64,000 nt of DNA from Gemmatimonadales bacterium (GCA_041390145.1 JAWKQM010000002.1:96235-160234); one strand, 5' to 3'. Shown: positions 39,278-51,011, counted from the stretch's first letter. The notes: generated by a model not told the origin, from the letters alone. Translations and numbers: made by a program.

Positions 39278-39505
39278 ATCACGACCCGCATCGTCGTCAA
39301 TCCCAACGGCCCCATCCGGATCGAGGGCGACTTCTCGATAGTGGACGTGGAAGGGACCGCGTTTGGCCTCGGGGGCCGGTCCACGATCACCCTGTGCCGG
39401 TGTGGTCACTCCGCCAACAAACCGTTCTGCGATGGGGCACATGCCCGTGAGGGGTTTCGGGAGCCAGCCGTCGCCCGGGACCTCCCTCCCCGCCCGGGGA
39501 GCTGA
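39278..39505 (+). CDS. CDGSH-type iron-sulfur domain protein
   Basis: LCRCGHSANKPFCDGAH matches the CDGSH 2Fe-2S motif. The preceding IVVNPNGPIRIEGDFSIVDVEG matches the usual N-terminal strands of small bacterial CDGSH proteins. The start is uncertain (see the finding at 39258-39343). ATC 39278 follows AAGGGAGG. Confidence 0.7.
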   Translation: MTTRIVVNPNGPIRIEGDFSIVDVEGTAFGLGGRSTITLCRCGHSANKPFCDGAHAREGFREPAVARDLPPRPGS

Positions 39506-39557
39506 CCCGCAAGCCTCGTTTGCCCGGGTCACGGCGGCCGGGTAGATTTCCCCCGCC

Positions 39558-40802
39558 ATGACAACTATCACGATCGAAACGACCAGCGGCGACGCCGCGT
39601 CAAAGTCCCTCCAGGTGACCGTGCCGGCCGAGCGCGTGCGCTTGGCCGAGGACCGGGCAGTCCAGCAGGTCTCCCGCAACGTGCGCCTCCCCGGCTTCCG
39701 GAAGGGTCACGCCCCCCCGGCCATCGTTCGGAAGCGCTACCACGACGCCATCCGGCAGACCGTGCTGGACGAGGTCATCCGCGAAAGCTGGGACCAGGCG
39801 CGGGAGTCCGAGTCGCTCAAGCCGGTGGCCGACCCCTCGGTCCGCAACCTCAAGTTTGACGAGGGCGGCGCCATCGAGTTCGAGCTGCACGTCGAGGTGC
39901 GGCCGGAGGTTACCGTCGCCACGGTTGGTGGGTTCACGCTGACCCGCGAAGTGTCCGAGGTCACCGACGAGCAGGTGGACGAGCAGCTCGGGCGGCTCCG
40001 CGAGCAGAAGGCCACCTGGCTTCCGGTGGAGGGGCAGAAGCCCAGCCCCGGCCAGATGGTCCAGGTCGACGTCACCGCGCTCGACGACGATGCGTCACCC
40101 GAGCCGCAGCCGCATTCGATCGTGCTCGGCGAAGGGCAGGCCTTGCCGGCCCTCGAAGAGCGAATCATGGAACTCCAGCCCGGCGAGGTGGCGGAGACGG
40201 AAGTCCGGCTCCCCGACGACCATCCGGACGAGAGCCGCCGCGGGAAGGTGCGCAAGCTCCGGGTCGCACTCCACGAGGTGAAGCGGCAGGACCTGCCCCC
40301 GCTCGACGACGCCTTTGCGCGTGAGGTCGGGGACTTCGAGGACCTCGCCGCCCTGCGTGCGGCGGTGCGCTCCGATCTCGGGCAGGACGCCGTGCGCGAG
40401 GCCGACGCCCGGGTTCGGGATCAGCTGATCCAGAAGCTGGTCGAGGCGAACAACATCGAGGCGCCCCCGTCGCTCGTGCATCGCGTCATTCACGGCTACT
40501 TGCACGCCTACGGCGTGCCGCACGAGAAGGAGCCGGAGTTCGCGGCGCAGTTCCAGCCGGTGGCTGAGGCCCAGGTCCGGCGCGACCTCGTCCTGGCCGC
40601 CGTTGCCGAAGCCGAGAGCCTCTACGCGACCGAAGCCGACGTCGACGCCCGGATCGCGGCAATGGCCGAGGCCCGCAACGTGCCAGCGGGTCAGGTCTAC
40701 GCGTCACTACAGAAGGCCAAGCGACTGCCGGAACTCGAGCGCGCCATCACCGAAGACAAGGTCTTCGGCTACCTGCTGCAGCAATCCACCGTGGAAGGGT
40801 GA
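39558..40802 (+). CDS. tig: Trigger factor
   Basis: N-terminal ribosome-binding region with [11 protein letters not shown]. 414 aa. It lies immediately upstream of clpP-clpX. Confidence 0.9.
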   Translation: MTTITIETTSGDAASKSLQVTVPAERVRLAEDRAVQQVSRNVRLPGFRKGHAPPAIVRKRYHDAIRQTVLDEVIRESWDQARESESLKPVADPSVRNLKFDEGGAIEFELHVEVRPEVTVATVGGFTLTREVSEVTDEQVDEQLGRLREQKATWLPVEGQKPSPGQMVQVDVTALDDDASPEPQPHSIVLGEGQALPALEERIMELQPGEVAETEVRLPDDHPDESRRGKVRKLRVALHEVKRQDLPPLDDAFAREVGDFEDLAALRAAVRSDLGQDAVREADARVRDQLIQKLVEANNIEAPPSLVHRVIHGYLHAYGVPHEKEPEFAAQFQPVAEAQVRRDLVLAAVAEAESLYATEADVDARIAAMAEARNVPAGQVYASLQKAKRLPELERAITEDKVFGYLLQQSTVEG

Positions 40803-41416
40803 GTCCAGTGTCAGTTTATCCCCCGTACATCATCGAGCGGTCCAGCCGCGGCGAGCGGACCTACGACATCTTCAGCCGCCTGCTGATGGACCGTATCGTG
40901 TTCCTTGGCGCCGGCATCAACGACGACGTCGCCAACATCATCATCGCCCAGCTGCTCTTTCTCGAGGCGGACAATCCGGAGAAGGACATCTACCTCTACC
41001 TGAACAGCCCGGGCGGAGTGGTCTCCAGCGGCATGGCCATCTACGACACGATGCAGCATCTCCGGGCGCCGGTGAACACGATCTGCATGGGCATGGCGGC
41101 CTCCATGGGGTCCTTCCTCCTCTCGGCGGGTGCCAAGGGAAAGCGGAGTGCCCTGCCCCACAGCCGCATCATGATTCATCAGCCGTCCGGCGGCGCCCAG
41201 GGCACCGCCTCGGACATCGAAATCCAGGCTAGAGAGATCCTCTACCTGCGCTCTAAGATGAATCAGCTCTACAGCTTACACACCGGCCAGCCGATCGAGA
41301 CGATCGAGCGCGACATGGACCGGGACCGGTTCATGAGCGCGGAAGAGGCCAAGGAATACGGCCTGATTGACACGGTCTTTGAGCCCCACAAGGATTGGCT
41401 CGCCCCCCAGGCCTAG
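40799..41416 (+). CDS. clpP: ATP-dependent Clp protease proteolytic subunit
   Basis: [19 protein letters not shown], the catalytic [12 protein letters not shown] (Ser) and [10 protein letters not shown] (His). GTGA overlap with tig. Confidence 0.95.
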   Translation: MSPVSVYPPYIIERSSRGERTYDIFSRLLMDRIVFLGAGINDDVANIIIAQLLFLEADNPEKDIYLYLNSPGGVVSSGMAIYDTMQHLRAPVNTICMGMAASMGSFLLSAGAKGKRSALPHSRIMIHQPSGGAQGTASDIEIQAREILYLRSKMNQLYSLHTGQPIETIERDMDRDRFMSAEEAKEYGLIDTVFEPHKDWLAPQA

Positions 41417-41485
41417 CCTTGACGCCCCCCGGGACCCGGCCCACCTTTGGGGTGGGGTCCCCCCTTTACCATCGGCGGCCAGCGC

Positions 41486-42733
<1,248 letters not shown>

Positions 42734-42777
42734 GAGTCGCGACGGCCTCCCGAGCAAGCGGCTCCCCCGCCCCCCTG

Positions 42778-43371
42778 TTGTCGAGCCTTCCCATCGAGTT
42801 CGTCGGATCCTTTCCCGATCCGGGCGTCCGGCTGGAGCCACCACTTCCCGAGGTGGCGTTCGTCGGGCGGTCGAACGTGGGGAAGTCGAGCCTGCTGAAC
42901 GCGCTGGTGGGCAAGAAGGGGCTCGCGCGCGTGAGCGGCACCCCGGGCAAGACCAGGCTGGTGAACGTCTTCCGGCTGCCCGGCCTCTACCTGGTGGACT
43001 TGCCGGGCTACGGGTTCGCTCGGGCCAGCAAGACGGCGCGTGCCGGATTCCGCGAGTTGCTCAACGGCTACGTCGCGCAGCGCGACACGCTCGCCGGCGT
43101 GGTCTGGATGCTCGATATCCGACGCGACCTTTCCGAGGACGACCAGGAGGTGCGCGGCCTGCTCGCGGCCTCCGGCCACCCGGTGCTGGCGGTGCTGACC
43201 AAGATCGACAAGCTGGGGCGGGCGGCCGCCCGCGACCGGACGCTGGCCCTCGCCAGGGAACTCCAGCTCGCCGTGGACGAATTGCAGCCGACCAGTACCG
43301 TGACAGGGGAAGGGATCGCCGACCTGAGCGAGTCCATCCTGTCCGTCGCCGACCAAGGACACGACGCATGA
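42778..43371 (+). CDS. engB: Ribosome biogenesis GTP-binding protein YihA/EngB
   Basis: G1 [15 protein letters not shown]3 DLPGYG and G4 TKIDK. I infer the start at TTG 42778 or CTG 42775. The track ATG at 42667 lies inside clpX. Confidence 0.8.
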   Translation: MSSLPIEFVGSFPDPGVRLEPPLPEVAFVGRSNVGKSSLLNALVGKKGLARVSGTPGKTRLVNVFRLPGLYLVDLPGYGFARASKTARAGFRELLNGYVAQRDTLAGVVWMLDIRRDLSEDDQEVRGLLAASGHPVLAVLTKIDKLGRAAARDRTLALARELQLAVDELQPTSTVTGEGIADLSESILSVADQGHDA

Positions 43372-44018
43372 GATACTTCAGCCGGCTTGTCGCGGTGCTC
43401 GCGCTCTGCGCCTGCGCGCACTCAAACAAGGCGCATTCCCAGGAGACGCCGGATCCGATGGGGACGATGCCCCCGATGGGCCTCGGCTCGCTGACCCAGG
43501 AACAGATGTCGGTTTCGATCGCGAACAGCCAGCTGACCATCCGCTTTCAGCCGCTCAATGAACGCCTGCTCCGCTTGCTGGCTCCGGACGCCTATCGGGC
43601 GCTCTCGGGCATGATCGCGAGCCGTGGAAGCGCCATCGATTCGATCAGCCAGTACAGCGGGACCTCCCAGCCGGGCTTGATGCTGGTGACCGTCTACGGC
43701 AACGTCCCCGACGTCCGGTTCGACGCCAGCTCAGTCGGTGTGTCGGTCAACTCGGTGCGGATCGACCCCATCGGGATCATCCCGCTCAATGCGAATTTCA
43801 GCCGGCAGCAGCTCCCGCGGCAGGCGGTCGGCCAGGGGCTCTACGTATTTTCGGAGGAGCTTCCGGTCTACTCACCGATAGTGTTCAGCTACGGTTCGGT
43901 GGCGGTGGAGGGATGGGCACAGAAGATTCCGACTTTGGACCGGGAACTTGCCCGAGTCTCCGCCCGGGCACGGTCGCAGCAGACACAGCCGGTGCCGGAC
44001 TCCGCCGCAACGCCCTAG
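43368..44018 (+). CDS. Hypothetical lipoprotein
   Basis: Signal with lipobox VAVLALCAC. 216 aa. ATGA overlap with engB. No recognisable domain. Confidence 0.55.
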   Translation: MRYFSRLVAVLALCACAHSNKAHSQETPDPMGTMPPMGLGSLTQEQMSVSIANSQLTIRFQPLNERLLRLLAPDAYRALSGMIASRGSAIDSISQYSGTSQPGLMLVTVYGNVPDVRFDASSVGVSVNSVRIDPIGIIPLNANFSRQQLPRQAVGQGLYVFSEELPVYSPIVFSYGSVAVEGWAQKIPTLDRELARVSARARSQQTQPVPDSAATP

Positions 44019-44030
44019 CGGCCGGTCCGG

Positions 44031-45059
44031 TCAGCGGATCGGCGTAGCCGTTGCAGAGTCGAGTGCAGGACGCAGGCCCTCGTTGTACCGAAAACGGATC
44101 GCGCCGTCCCGGCGGTCCAGAATCAACACCCCGACGTCGTTGTGCCCCTCCGCCCATGCGTACGCGCTGTCTGGCCCGAGCACGAAGAGCGCGGTCGAGA
44201 GCACATCGGCGCGCAGTGGGTCGGCCGCCACGACGGTCAGGCTGCCCCACCCGGGCACCGGGGTTCCGGTCCGCGGGTCGAGGATATGGCCAATGGTTTG
44301 CCCTGCTGCGCGGACGTACCGGCCCGACTGGCTGGATGTCGACGCCGATCCGCCGGCAAGCCAGAGGGTGAAGACCTCCTCCTTGTTGTCCTCCGGGCTC
44401 GGAATCGCCAGCCGCCACGGCCCACCCGTTCGCGTCGGACCAAGCACAACCACCTGCTGGCCGAACGTGACCTGCGCGGAGTGGACCCCATGTGCGCGCA
44501 AGCTGTCGCGGACCGCGCGCAGGCTGTACCCCTTCACAAACCCCCAAGGCATGAACCCCGCCGCCGCCGCGAGGCGCTGGGCGACACACCGATCGAGGTC
44601 GAGTTGCATGCCGCCGTTGCCGGCGGCCCGCCGGGCCGCCTCGAGTTCCACGACGGAGGGGACGCGCCCGTCGCCATCGAGGTCCCAGGCGTCCACGAGC
44701 GAGCCGATCACCAAGTCAAACACCCCAGGCACTTCGGCCGCACTCCGGTCGACCTCCCGCAGCACCTGGCACAGCGACGGGTCGATCTCCGCTGTGGCCC
44801 CGACCGCCGTGGCATTCAGCTCGCTCACCCGGCTGTCGGTGCGGTTCGGGGAGAGGAGGGCGTCCGAGGCCCCGACGGCGCTGAGGACCGCCTGGGACGC
44901 CTCGACCGCGGCCATCCGGCTGGGGGCCTCCAGCGACATCTGCAGGGTGGCCTCCATCGCCGTCGCTTTGCGATCGATCCAGACCGGTCCCCCGCCCGCT
45001 CCCTTTCCATCACAGGCGAGGAGGAGGAGACCAGCCAGGACGGGAAGAAGTCGATCCAT
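44031..45059 (-). CDS. apbE: FAD:protein FMN transferase (ApbE family), lipoprotein
   Basis: ATG 45059 gives MDRLLPVLAGLLLLACDG (lipobox). It has the ApbE motifs FDLVIGSLVDAWD, GFVKGYS, STSSQSGRY and GHILDPRTG. Confidence 0.85.
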   Translation of the reverse strand: MDRLLPVLAGLLLLACDGKGAGGGPVWIDRKATAMEATLQMSLEAPSRMAAVEASQAVLSAVGASDALLSPNRTDSRVSELNATAVGATAEIDPSLCQVLREVDRSAAEVPGVFDLVIGSLVDAWDLDGDGRVPSVVELEAARRAAGNGGMQLDLDRCVAQRLAAAAGFMPWGFVKGYSLRAVRDSLRAHGVHSAQVTFGQQVVVLGPTRTGGPWRLAIPSPEDNKEEVFTLWLAGGSASTSSQSGRYVRAAGQTIGHILDPRTGTPVPGWGSLTVVAADPLRADVLSTALFVLGPDSAYAWAEGHNDVGVLILDRRDGAIRFRYNEGLRPALDSATATPIR

Positions 45060-45181
45060 GCGCCGCACCTGCTGGGAGGTGGAGGGCAACGGGTGGGCGC
45101 GGGGCCCGCGCGATTGACCCCGGAACCGTGGCGCCGAGGTCTCCACCCCGGTAAACTCCGGACAACTATGGAGAGCTGCTA

Positions 45182-46033
45182 ATGGCATATCTACCCCTGC
45201 GATCCGTGAGTCTGCCTGAGCGGGCCGAGGCGGCGTACGAGGCGTGGTTGGACGAACTCGAGTCCCAACTGGACGCCCCCGGGGCCGACTGGTCGCGCGT
45301 CGTGCGCCAGACGCTGCTCCACCTCTTTCATCCCGACCTGCCGGACTGGGAGACCGCCGTGGCGGACCCGCGCCGTTCCCCCGCGTCGCTGGCGGCCCTG
45401 CTCGCGCTGGACCCGACGAATATTACCCTCGAACCGGAATATTACGGCGACGTCGACCCCGTGCGCTTCGCCCGCGTCAAGCCGCTCCTCTGGCTTTGGT
45501 ACAGCTTCGATCGGGCCCCGCTCGCCGGTCAGAACGTGGCGCTCGGCATCGCGCTCCGCCGACGCCTGGCGCCGAGGATCTTCGCCCGGTGCGGACGCAA
45601 CTTCAAGTGTTTTCAGCACGTCGAGTTCTCCTACGGCTACAACATGGAGGTCGGTGACGACGTCGTGATTCACCGGCATGTCCTGCTGGATGACCGGGGC
45701 GGCCTGACCCTGGGCGACCGGGTCAGCGTGTCGGATTACGCCAACATCTACAGCCACACCCACAGTATCGTGGATCAGCGCGAAGTGACGAACGCGCGAA
45801 CGATTCTCGAGGACGACACCAGGATCACCTATCACGCCACGGTCCTCGCCGGCGTGCGCGTGGGCCAAAACGGAATGGTGGGCGCCGGCGCCGTCGCCAC
45901 CAAGCACGTCCGGCCATACCACGTGAACGTCGGCATCCCGGCCAAGTCGGTGCGGGTCAAGCCGAACGCGCCGCCCGAGACGATCCACACCGACCTGCCT
46001 ACGCGCCACGCTGGCGAGCCGGGGCCATCCTGA
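45182..46033 (+). CDS. Hexapeptide-repeat (left-handed beta-helix) acyltransferase with N-terminal helical extension
   Basis: The C-terminal half shows LbH repeats (VGDDVVIHRHVLL, GDRVSVSDYANIYSHTH, VLAGVRVGQNGMVGAGAVA). Confidence 0.7.
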   Translation: MAYLPLRSVSLPERAEAAYEAWLDELESQLDAPGADWSRVVRQTLLHLFHPDLPDWETAVADPRRSPASLAALLALDPTNITLEPEYYGDVDPVRFARVKPLLWLWYSFDRAPLAGQNVALGIALRRRLAPRIFARCGRNFKCFQHVEFSYGYNMEVGDDVVIHRHVLLDDRGGLTLGDRVSVSDYANIYSHTHSIVDQREVTNARTILEDDTRITYHATVLAGVRVGQNGMVGAGAVATKHVRPYHVNVGIPAKSVRVKPNAPPETIHTDLPTRHAGEPGPS

Positions 46034-46092
46034 CCGCGCTCATCATCGTCACGCTCCTCGCCTGCGCGGCGGCGCTGGTCTGGTCGTGGCGT

Positions 46093-48093
46093 GTGCGGCG
46101 CCGACACGAGGTCGAGTCCGCGGCCCTCGCGGCGCAGCTCGCCGAGGTGCAGGCCGAGCGCGACGATTTTGCGCGCCGCCTTGACCGGCGCATCAACGAG
46201 ATCTTCTCCCTCCAGGAACTCAGTTACGTGCTCTCCGAATCGCTCCAGACCGAGCGGATCGTGGAGCAGGTGGCCCGGTTTACCTCCCGATTCCTCGAAG
46301 CGGAGGGAACGGTCGTCGCACTCGCGTCGGAGGAGCATCCCGAACTCCGTATCGCGTCGGCCGAAGGATCGCTCGCCTCCCTCCTGGGTCGCTCGATCCC
46401 GTCCGGGGAGGGGGGCCTCCTCACCCAGGCCATCGGTCGTGAGCGGATTGAGCTCGCCGAGGGCCCACCGCCGGGCGTGGAACTGGTGGCGGGCGTGCTC
46501 GTGGCGCGGACCGCCGTCGCCCCATTGCGCGCCCATGGCATGACCCTCGGAGCCATGGCCGTCGCGGCACGCCGCGACCGGCCGTTCTCCACCCAGGACC
46601 TCTGGCTGATATCCACCGTCGCGATGCAGGCGGCGGTGGTGCTGACCAACAGCCGGTTCTTCGGGCTGCTGCGACAGGGCAAGGAAGAGTGGGAAACGAC
46701 GTTCGACGCCCTCTCCGAAGGCATCGCGCTGGTCGACGGGGCCGGCCGCATCACCCGGGCCAACCGGGCGCTCGCGCTGCTGGCCGGCGTCCCGCTCGCC
46801 TCCCTGGTCGGGCGGCCCTTCGTCTCCTCCCTTTTTTCGGAGTCAGCGCCCGCGGAGGAGTTGCTCGCGGGCGCGCGCCTCGGCAAGTCGCGGATCCCGA
46901 CCCTGCTGCCCTCGACCAAGCTGCACCGCACCCTGCGGCTGGCCGGCGCGCCGCTTCCGGCGCACGAGGGGACCGCGTCGATCGTGGTCATGGTGGAGGA
47001 TGTCACGGACCAGCGCGCCCTCGAAGCGCAGCTGATCCAGAACGAGAAGATGGCGGCCGTCGGGCAGCTGGTGTCCGGCGTCGCGCACGAACTGAACAAT
47101 CCGCTGACGTCGATTGCGGGGCTCTCCGAGCTCCTCCTCGAGCAGGAACGCCTGCCCGGCGCTGTCCGGGAGCACCTGAACGTGATTCACGAACAGGCAG
47201 ATCGCGCCGGACGAATCGTGGCCAACCTGCTGACCTTTGCGCGCAAGGGCACGCCGGAGCAGGCGGTCGTCGACCTGGAGGACGTGGCGCAGCGAACCAC
47301 GCTGCTGATCCAGGCGGAGCTTCGGTTGCGCGGCATCACGCTCGAGCGCACCACCGGCGCGCCCGCCATTGTCCGCGGTGACCGGTACGAAATCCAACAG
47401 GTGTTGCTGAACCTGCTGACCAACGCCGTCCACGCGCTCTCCGACCTCCCGCCCGATGCGGACCGGCGGATCCTCGTGGCCACCGGCCAGGAGGACGACC
47501 GGGCCTTTGTCCGGGTCACGGACACCGGCCCCGGCATCCCTGCCGCGCTGGTCGGACGCATCTTCACGCCGTTCTTTACCACGAAGGAACCGGGCCGGGG
47601 CACCGGGCTTGGACTCTCCATCAGCTACGGTATCGTGGAGTCACACGGCGGGCGGCTGTCGTACGCACCAGGAGAGGAGGGGGGATCGACCTTCGCGATC
47701 GAGCTGCCAGCCTACGGCAGCGGCCCTGTGAAGCAGCTCGTGCCGTGCCGGGTGCTGGTGGCCGATGCGGATCGGTCGGTCCACCGGGTGGTCACCGCCC
47801 TCCTGACGCAGAACGGGGTACAGATCCACACGGCGCGAACGGGAGCAGAAGCCGTGGTCATGTCCAACGAACTGGCCTACGACATCGTGCTCGTCGACCC
47901 GACGTTGTCGGGGGCCTCGGAGCCGCTCGTCCCGTTGCTGCTGGCCCAGCGGCCCGAGCTTCTCTCGCGCCTGGTCCTCCTCGGCGACGACGGCCGCACC
48001 CTCCACGCCGACCTGCCAGAGATCCCCCACCTCGCCAAACCGCTGGTCCCGCGCGACGCACGGGCGGTGCTGCAGCGCCTGCTGGGCTCGTAG
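46093..48093 (+). CDS. Hybrid sensor histidine kinase (GAF-like, PAS-like, HisKA, HATPase, C-terminal receiver-like domain)
   Basis: H-box VAHELNNPLTSIAGLSELL, HATPase DTGPGIP...GTGLGLSISYGIV, and a receiver-like tail VLVADAD...IVLVDP...LAKPL. The true start probably lies upstream at 46027-46030 (see the finding at 46027-46095). Confidence 0.85.
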   Translation: MRRRHEVESAALAAQLAEVQAERDDFARRLDRRINEIFSLQELSYVLSESLQTERIVEQVARFTSRFLEAEGTVVALASEEHPELRIASAEGSLASLLGRSIPSGEGGLLTQAIGRERIELAEGPPPGVELVAGVLVARTAVAPLRAHGMTLGAMAVAARRDRPFSTQDLWLISTVAMQAAVVLTNSRFFGLLRQGKEEWETTFDALSEGIALVDGAGRITRANRALALLAGVPLASLVGRPFVSSLFSESAPAEELLAGARLGKSRIPTLLPSTKLHRTLRLAGAPLPAHEGTASIVVMVEDVTDQRALEAQLIQNEKMAAVGQLVSGVAHELNNPLTSIAGLSELLLEQERLPGAVREHLNVIHEQADRAGRIVANLLTFARKGTPEQAVVDLEDVAQRTTLLIQAELRLRGITLERTTGAPAIVRGDRYEIQQVLLNLLTNAVHALSDLPPDADRRILVATGQEDDRAFVRVTDTGPGIPAALVGRIFTPFFTTKEPGRGTGLGLSISYGIVESHGGRLSYAPGEEGGSTFAIELPAYGSGPVKQLVPCRVLVADADRSVHRVVTALLTQNGVQIHTARTGAEAVVMSNELAYDIVLVDPTLSGASEPLVPLLLAQRPELLSRLVLLGDDGRTLHADLPEIPHLAKPLVPRDARAVLQRLLGS

Positions 48094-48239
48094 TCCAACC
48101 ACCCCCCGCTGCAGTGTGACACAACTGTTGCCGGTCCGTGAAAGAGGGCCGACACGAGTCGTTGAGTATTCGGGCTGCATCCACGGCGGACGGGCCAGAC
48201 GGCCGGCCCGCCCCACACGCTCCCGAATCCCGGCCTGCA

Positions 48240-51011
48240 ATGTCGATACGTTCCCGTGTGTCCCGCCTGCTTCCCCTCGTGACCATCCTCATCCTCGTCC
48301 CGACGGTCGGGACCGCCCAGGAGACCGGCAGAGTGGTCGGCAGGATCCTCGACCAGGCGTTGGGCACGCCGATCGCCGGGGCCACCGTGGAGGTGGACAG
48401 CGCCCCCGTCCCGATCCGGACGACGTCGGCGATCGACGGGCACTATTCCCTCCGCAATGTGCCGGCCGGCCCCGTTACCATACGCGTCCGCCAGATCGGC
48501 TACGGCCCCAAGAACGTCAAGGGGCTGATCGTGCCAGCCGGCGCCACGGTGGAACAAGACATCTCCCTGAACGCCCAGGTGTTCACGCTCGATGAGCTGA
48601 CGGTGACGGCCACCGCTGAGAAGAGCACCGTAGCGGGCGCCCTTGATGCGCAACGCATGGCGCCGAATGTCACCAATTCGATCAGTGCGCAGCAAATCGA
48701 ACAGAGCCCTGACGCCGATGCAGGCGCCGCGATCAAGCGGGTCAGTGGCGCGTCGGTCCTGGACGGGAAGTACGTCTTTGTGCGGGGACTTGGCGAACGC
48801 TACACCACGACTTCGCTCAATGGCGCTCGGGTCCCGAGCCCCGAGCCGGATCGCAAGGTCGTCCCCATGGACATCTTCCCGACCAACCTGCTCTCGGGCA
48901 TCCAGACCTCCAAGACGTTCACCCCGGACCAGCCAGGCGACTTCAGCGGCGCGTCAGTCAACATCACCACCCGGGAATTTTCGGCCAACCACATCTTCAC
49001 GATGACCGTCGGTTCGGGATGGAACTCGGCAGCCACCGGCGTTGAGCTGGCCAGGGCGCCAACCGCGGGAGGCGAATGGATTGCCAATGGCGCGCCTCCC
49101 CGTGCCATTCCACAGAACGTGGCCGACGCCAACAACCTGAACGGGTTGACGCAAACCGAGGTAAACGGCCTCATTGGCTCGTTCCGCAATGTCTGGTCCC
49201 CCACCTACGAATCCGGCCTCCCCAACGCCACCTTCAACGCGTCCCTCGGCGGCGAAGACCCGGTGTTCGGGCAGCCGCTTGGCTATGTCGGCTCATTCAC
49301 GTACACCTATACGCAGGATATCCGGGACGGCGAAATCAAGAGCCTCGCCAAGAACGGGCCCGACAAGGACACGGCGGAGCCGCTCAACACCTTCACCGGA
49401 TCCACCAGTTTCGGGTCGGTGCTTTGGGGCGGCATGCTGAATCTCTACACCCGGCTGGGCAGTTCGGGGCGCATCACCTTCAACAACACCTACACGCGGA
49501 GCGCGGACAACGAAGCCAGCCTGCTGGGGGGCTTCAATGAGGAGTTCGCTGACACATTTCAGTTCTCCAACCTGACGTACATCCAGCGGTCCGTCCGATC
49601 CGACCAGCTCGCCGGGCAGCACCTGGTGGGCAACAACACGACGCTCGACTGGCAGATAACCAACGCGGCGGTCAGCCGTGACGCGCCCGACCGCTCCAGC
49701 ATCGGCTACCTGGCACACCCCAAGGGGAACGGGGTGTTCGAGCCGTACCAGTGGTTCGGACAGCCGCGCTTTGCCACCCGGACCTGGGACAACACGACGG
49801 AATCGGCGTGGGACCTGGGGCTGGACCTGGCGCGCAACTTCGGGAAGGGCGCCTCCACCGTCGTCGTGAAGATCGGCGGCGCCTATCGCACCGCCAATCG
49901 GGACGCGAACAGCCGGGCCTACGACATCAACAACATCAATCTGGCCGACAGCGCGCTGGCGCTGACACCCGAGCAGATCTTCACCCAGCAGAACATCGCC
50001 GACAGCAGCTTCCTCCTGGTGGCCAACGCCAATGGCGGCCGTTACACCGCTGACGACAAGATCCTGGCCGGCTATGCCATGGCCACGGTGCCGATCGGGG
50101 ACCGGTGGACCCTGCTCGGCGGTGTTCGGGTGGAAGACTGGAAGCTTCAGGTCGATACCCGCACGGCCGCGGGCAACGTGGTCCCGTCCAACCCTCAGGC
50201 GACGGACGTGCTCCCCTCGCTGGCCATCACCTACCGGCTCCCCCCTGACCAGGTGATCCGTCTGTCGGCCACGCAGACCCTGGCCCGCCCCGAGTACCGG
50301 GAACTGAGCCCCGTGCCGTACTTCGAGCAGGTCGGCTTCGCCACGACCTTTGGCAACCCATTGCTGACGCGAAGCTTGATCCAGAATTACGACCTGCGCT
50401 GGGAGTGGTACCCCTCTGGCGGCGAGGTCGTGAGTGTCGGCCTCTTCGCCAAGAACTTCACGGCGCCGATCGAGAAGGTGATCATCCAGGCCTCCGGCGC
50501 CAACTCCCTCAGCTTCGTCAATGCCGAGAGCGCGCAGAACTATGGCATCGAGCTCGAGGTCAGGAAGAACCTTGGGTTCGTCGGCGATGCCCTCGAGGGA
50601 ATCTCTGCGTTCGCCAACGCCACGTTCATGAAGAGTCAGATCGTCACCGGCAACGACAGCATCGCTTCCCTCACCAATCCCGACCGCCCGATGATCGGTC
50701 AGTCGCCTTATGTGGTCAACGCGGGGCTCACCTATCTGAGCCCCGGCGGGCGCACCACCGCCTCCCTGCTCTACAACATCGCGGGTGAGCGGATCCTCGA
50801 GGTCGGGAGCGGCGGCCTGCCGGACGCCTACGAACAGCCGCGAAGCATCCTCGACGCGTCGGTTGAAGTCGGCCTCTCCCGTGATGTCAGCGTGAAGGTC
50901 GACGCCCGCAACCTGTTGAACAGCGAATATCTCATGACGCAAGGGGGCGTGACCCGGCTTCGTTACACCACTGGCCGGATCTGGGTCGTGGCGTTCAAAT
51001 GGCGGCCCTGA
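48240..51011 (+). CDS. TonB-dependent receptor with N-terminal carboxypeptidase-regulatory-like domain (Oar-like)
   Basis: ATG 48240 gives the signal LLPLVTILILVPTVGTAQ. It has a CarbopepD_reg-like segment (GRVVGRILD...GATVEV...DGHYSLRNVPAGPVTIRV), a plug region (VSGASVLDGKYVFVRGLGERY) and a long barrel. Confidence 0.85.
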   Translation: MSIRSRVSRLLPLVTILILVPTVGTAQETGRVVGRILDQALGTPIAGATVEVDSAPVPIRTTSAIDGHYSLRNVPAGPVTIRVRQIGYGPKNVKGLIVPAGATVEQDISLNAQVFTLDELTVTATAEKSTVAGALDAQRMAPNVTNSISAQQIEQSPDADAGAAIKRVSGASVLDGKYVFVRGLGERYTTTSLNGARVPSPEPDRKVVPMDIFPTNLLSGIQTSKTFTPDQPGDFSGASVNITTREFSANHIFTMTVGSGWNSAATGVELARAPTAGGEWIANGAPPRAIPQNVADANNLNGLTQTEVNGLIGSFRNVWSPTYESGLPNATFNASLGGEDPVFGQPLGYVGSFTYTYTQDIRDGEIKSLAKNGPDKDTAEPLNTFTGSTSFGSVLWGGMLNLYTRLGSSGRITFNNTYTRSADNEASLLGGFNEEFADTFQFSNLTYIQRSVRSDQLAGQHLVGNNTTLDWQITNAAVSRDAPDRSSIGYLAHPKGNGVFEPYQWFGQPRFATRTWDNTTESAWDLGLDLARNFGKGASTVVVKIGGAYRTANRDANSRAYDINNINLADSALALTPEQIFTQQNIADSSFLLVANANGGRYTADDKILAGYAMATVPIGDRWTLLGGVRVEDWKLQVDTRTAAGNVVPSNPQATDVLPSLAITYRLPPDQVIRLSATQTLARPEYRELSPVPYFEQVGFATTFGNPLLTRSLIQNYDLRWEWYPSGGEVVSVGLFAKNFTAPIEKVIIQASGANSLSFVNAESAQNYGIELEVRKNLGFVGDALEGISAFANATFMKSQIVTGNDSIASLTNPDRPMIGQSPYVVNAGLTYLSPGGRTTASLLYNIAGERILEVGSGGLPDAYEQPRSILDASVEVGLSRDVSVKVDARNLLNSEYLMTQGGVTRLRYTTGRIWVVAFKWRP

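Noticed and set aside
48094-48239. Possible cobalamin riboswitch in the 146-nt leader of the TonB receptor. GCCGGTCC...GGCCGGCC is reminiscent of the btuB leader ends and the B12 box.
   Set aside because: The leader is too short. I could not find the conserved core (GGGAA..., GCCACUG-type elements). The receiver is an Oar-like 923-aa protein rather than BtuB-like. A covariance-model scan (Rfam RF00174) would settle it.
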